Origin: Candidatus Micrarchaeota archaeon
GTDB lineage: Archaea > Micrarchaeota > Micrarchaeia > Anstonellales > Bilamarchaeaceae
DNA length: 64,000 nt
Direction: 5' to 3'
Assembly: GCA_043812915.1 (NCBI GenBank)
Contig: JBDRLQ010000007.1
Location: 3,502 to 67,501, forward strand
Shown: one piece after another, positions 62,749-64,000 of the stretch
Layout: every line of letters starts with the position of its first letter
How positions within the stretch are numbered: the stretch's first letter is position 1
The notes under the pieces: model-generated
The model's database searches: none
Seen by the model: the letters and a program-made list of their open reading frames with translations, nothing else
Told to the model about the DNA's origin: nothing
Program-made: the position numbers and the translations under genes

Positions 62749-63215
62749 AGTGCGTTATAATCTGCAAGTCCGTGCATAACGGAAACACGAAGAAAATTGC
62801 CGATTCCATGGCCGAGGTACTTAATGCCGACGTGAGGCTGCCCACAGATGTCGAGATGAACGCCTGCGAGGAGTACGACCTTATCGGAATAGGCTCAGGC
62901 ATCTACCATTCGAAGCATCATGACTCATTATTCAGGCTCGTCCAGCAGCTGCGCCCTTCCAGGCAGGGAAACAGGATATTCATATTCTCAACTAGCGGCA
63001 TGGAGGAAAGGAAGCACCTGAACGATTACACCAAGCCGCTAAAGGACATGCTTCTGGCCAAGGGCTTTGATGTCGTTGGCACATTCTCCTGCCGTGGCTA
63101 TGACAACTGGGGCCCCTTCAAGCTCGTCGGCGGGATAAACAAGGGCAGGCCCAATGACGAGGATGTTGCGAACGCGAGGCAGTTTGCATCGAAACTGGCT
63201 GAAAGACTCAAGTAA
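62745..63215 (+). CDS. flavodoxin-like fold protein
   Basis: MKCVIICKSVHNGNTKKIADSMAEVL...YDLIGIGSGIY...IFIFSTSG. ATGA overlap with the upstream gene. Confidence 0.7.
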   Translation: MKCVIICKSVHNGNTKKIADSMAEVLNADVRLPTDVEMNACEEYDLIGIGSGIYHSKHHDSLFRLVQQLRPSRQGNRIFIFSTSGMEERKHLNDYTKPLKDMLLAKGFDVVGTFSCRGYDNWGPFKLVGGINKGRPNDEDVANARQFASKLAERLK

Positions 63216-63221
63216 ATACTC

Positions 63222-63227
63222 TTTTTT
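63222..63227 (+). terminator. T6 tract 7 nt after the flavodoxin-like gene stop
   Basis: TAAATACTCTTTTTTAAAC. Confidence 0.35.
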
Positions 63228-63252
63228 AAACATTTTGTAACATATTTACCAT

Positions 63253-64000
63253 ATGAATAATCAGAAGAACCCATCAAAGGCGGGCGCCACAATCGCCTAC
63301 GCACCGACGCAGGCCAACCGGCTTGTGCTTTCCAAGATCAGGGTGCTACCAATGCTTGATGGAATCGCTTTCTCTCCGCTTCCGGATAATCGGCCAGAGC
63401 GAATCGGGCTGCTTCAGAATATGCTCCAGAGGGAGAATGTCCTGTTCTTATGGGGCGATGGGCAGCACCACGATGAGAGCTACCATTTCACCGCAAGGCC
63501 TGCAACCGAAGGAATGCGGAGGCTGAAGGTCAATCTGGATCCGCACAGTGATGAATACACGTGCCTGGGCGGGGGCGATGGCTTTGATTTCGAAACCATG
63601 AAACCAAAGCGCGGGAACCTCAGGCTAATGACCTTCGCAAACCATATGAGCTGCACCGAAGCCGACGGCGTCCGGATATTCACTTCAGAGCGCATGAACA
63701 ACGGAGGGCTGGTATCGGCCATTATGCGGGAATTCACAGATGTTCTCCTCCAAAAGATCACCAACCAGGGGATGATGAGGTTCGTGAAGACCGCGTCCAT
63801 GAAGGCCATTTCATTCGCTGGGGAAGTGGACCTCACGCTGGACCTGGACCTTGTCCGCGGGATGCCTGTCATGGAGAAGTTCATGCAGAAACTTGATTCA
63901 GTGAATGCCGCCCGCCTGCTTTCTGTTCTTGAGGGCATTTTTCCAAGCATAGCTCTTTTCGATACCGGCGGATTTGTGGATGCGTTCCCCAACTTCACGC
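63253..64000 (+). CDS. arginase/ureohydrolase-fold-like protein (tentative); 3' end outside window
   Basis: This frame is open from ATG 63253 to the window end and is absent from the track because it has no stop. Motifs appear in arginase-family order: WGDGQHHDES, VNLDPHSDE, DLTLDLDLVRGMP. Confidence 0.5.
   Translation, partial: MNNQKNPSKAGATIAYAPTQANRLVLSKIRVLPMLDGIAFSPLPDNRPERIGLLQNMLQRENVLFLWGDGQHHDESYHFTARPATEGMRRLKVNLDPHSDEYTCLGGGDGFDFETMKPKRGNLRLMTFANHMSCTEADGVRIFTSERMNNGGLVSAIMREFTDVLLQKITNQGMMRFVKTASMKAISFAGEVDLTLDLDLVRGMPVMEKFMQKLDSVNAARLLSVLEGIFPSIALFDTGGFVDAFPNFT

Noticed and set aside
63480-63998. 172-aa minus-strand ORF at the window end
   Set aside because: The opposite (+) frame is open for 249 codons from an ATG and shows ordered metal-ligand-like motifs. 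The minus ORF is R/S-rich and shadow-like.
1-64000. Search for CRISPR arrays, IS elements, integrases, tRNA/rRNA genes
   Set aside because: I saw no regularly spaced direct repeats, transposase/integrase-like ORFs or rRNA/tRNA signatures by eye. The only notable DNA repeats are intragenic, in the C11 protease gene.

Overview
This 64-kb window reads as a gene-dense archaeal chromosome segment. It carries archaea/eukaryote-type ribosomal proteins S4e, L32e, L19e and L40e, aEF-2 and an archaeal-type adenylate kinase. Most starts follow GGTGA/GGAGG Shine-Dalgarno motifs, several genes share ATGA/GTGA stop-start overlaps, and a few look leaderless about 25 nt downstream of TTTATA-like boxes. I recognised no rRNA, tRNA, CRISPR array, transposase or integrase.

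Contents, left to right:
- Two MinD-like ATPases with ferredoxin inserts, a radical SAM enzyme and an unlisted 41-aa Cys/His-rich ORF.
- A Znu/Tro-type metal ABC importer, divergent from a NikR-like regulator, with a TTGGAAA-N16-TTTCCAA dyad between them.
- A twice-frameshifted EamA transporter and a CPA2 antiporter.
- A long accessory stretch (10.4-32.1 kb) dominated by secreted, lipobox-bearing, cysteine-rich or repeat-rich proteins. These include a clostripain (C11)-like protease with eleven 4-Cys modules and a MacB-type ABC system with a COG1361-like partner.
- The spc-type ribosomal operon (S17 through L15), then secY, adk and serS.
- Two tandem paralogous large SAM methyltransferases plus a third, divergent methyltransferase.
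- aEF-2.
- An acn-icd-aclB-aclA operon encoding an Aquifex-type aconitase, isocitrate dehydrogenase and a fused-type ATP-citrate lyase.
- S7, S12 and L40e.
- A compact Nudix / PolX / Zn-ribbon / AlkD-like / flavodoxin-like operon.
- A 3'-truncated gene with arginase-fold-like motifs.

All functional calls rest on motif and family recognition by eye. No database search was possible, and start codons were chosen by SD or overlap logic. The items I rate most worth follow-up are the ATP-citrate lyase operon and its position inside a broken S12-S7-EF2 cluster, the NikR-type operator, the small Cys/His ORF next to the radical SAM gene, the methyltransferase paralog pair, and the cysteine-rich surface protein genes.
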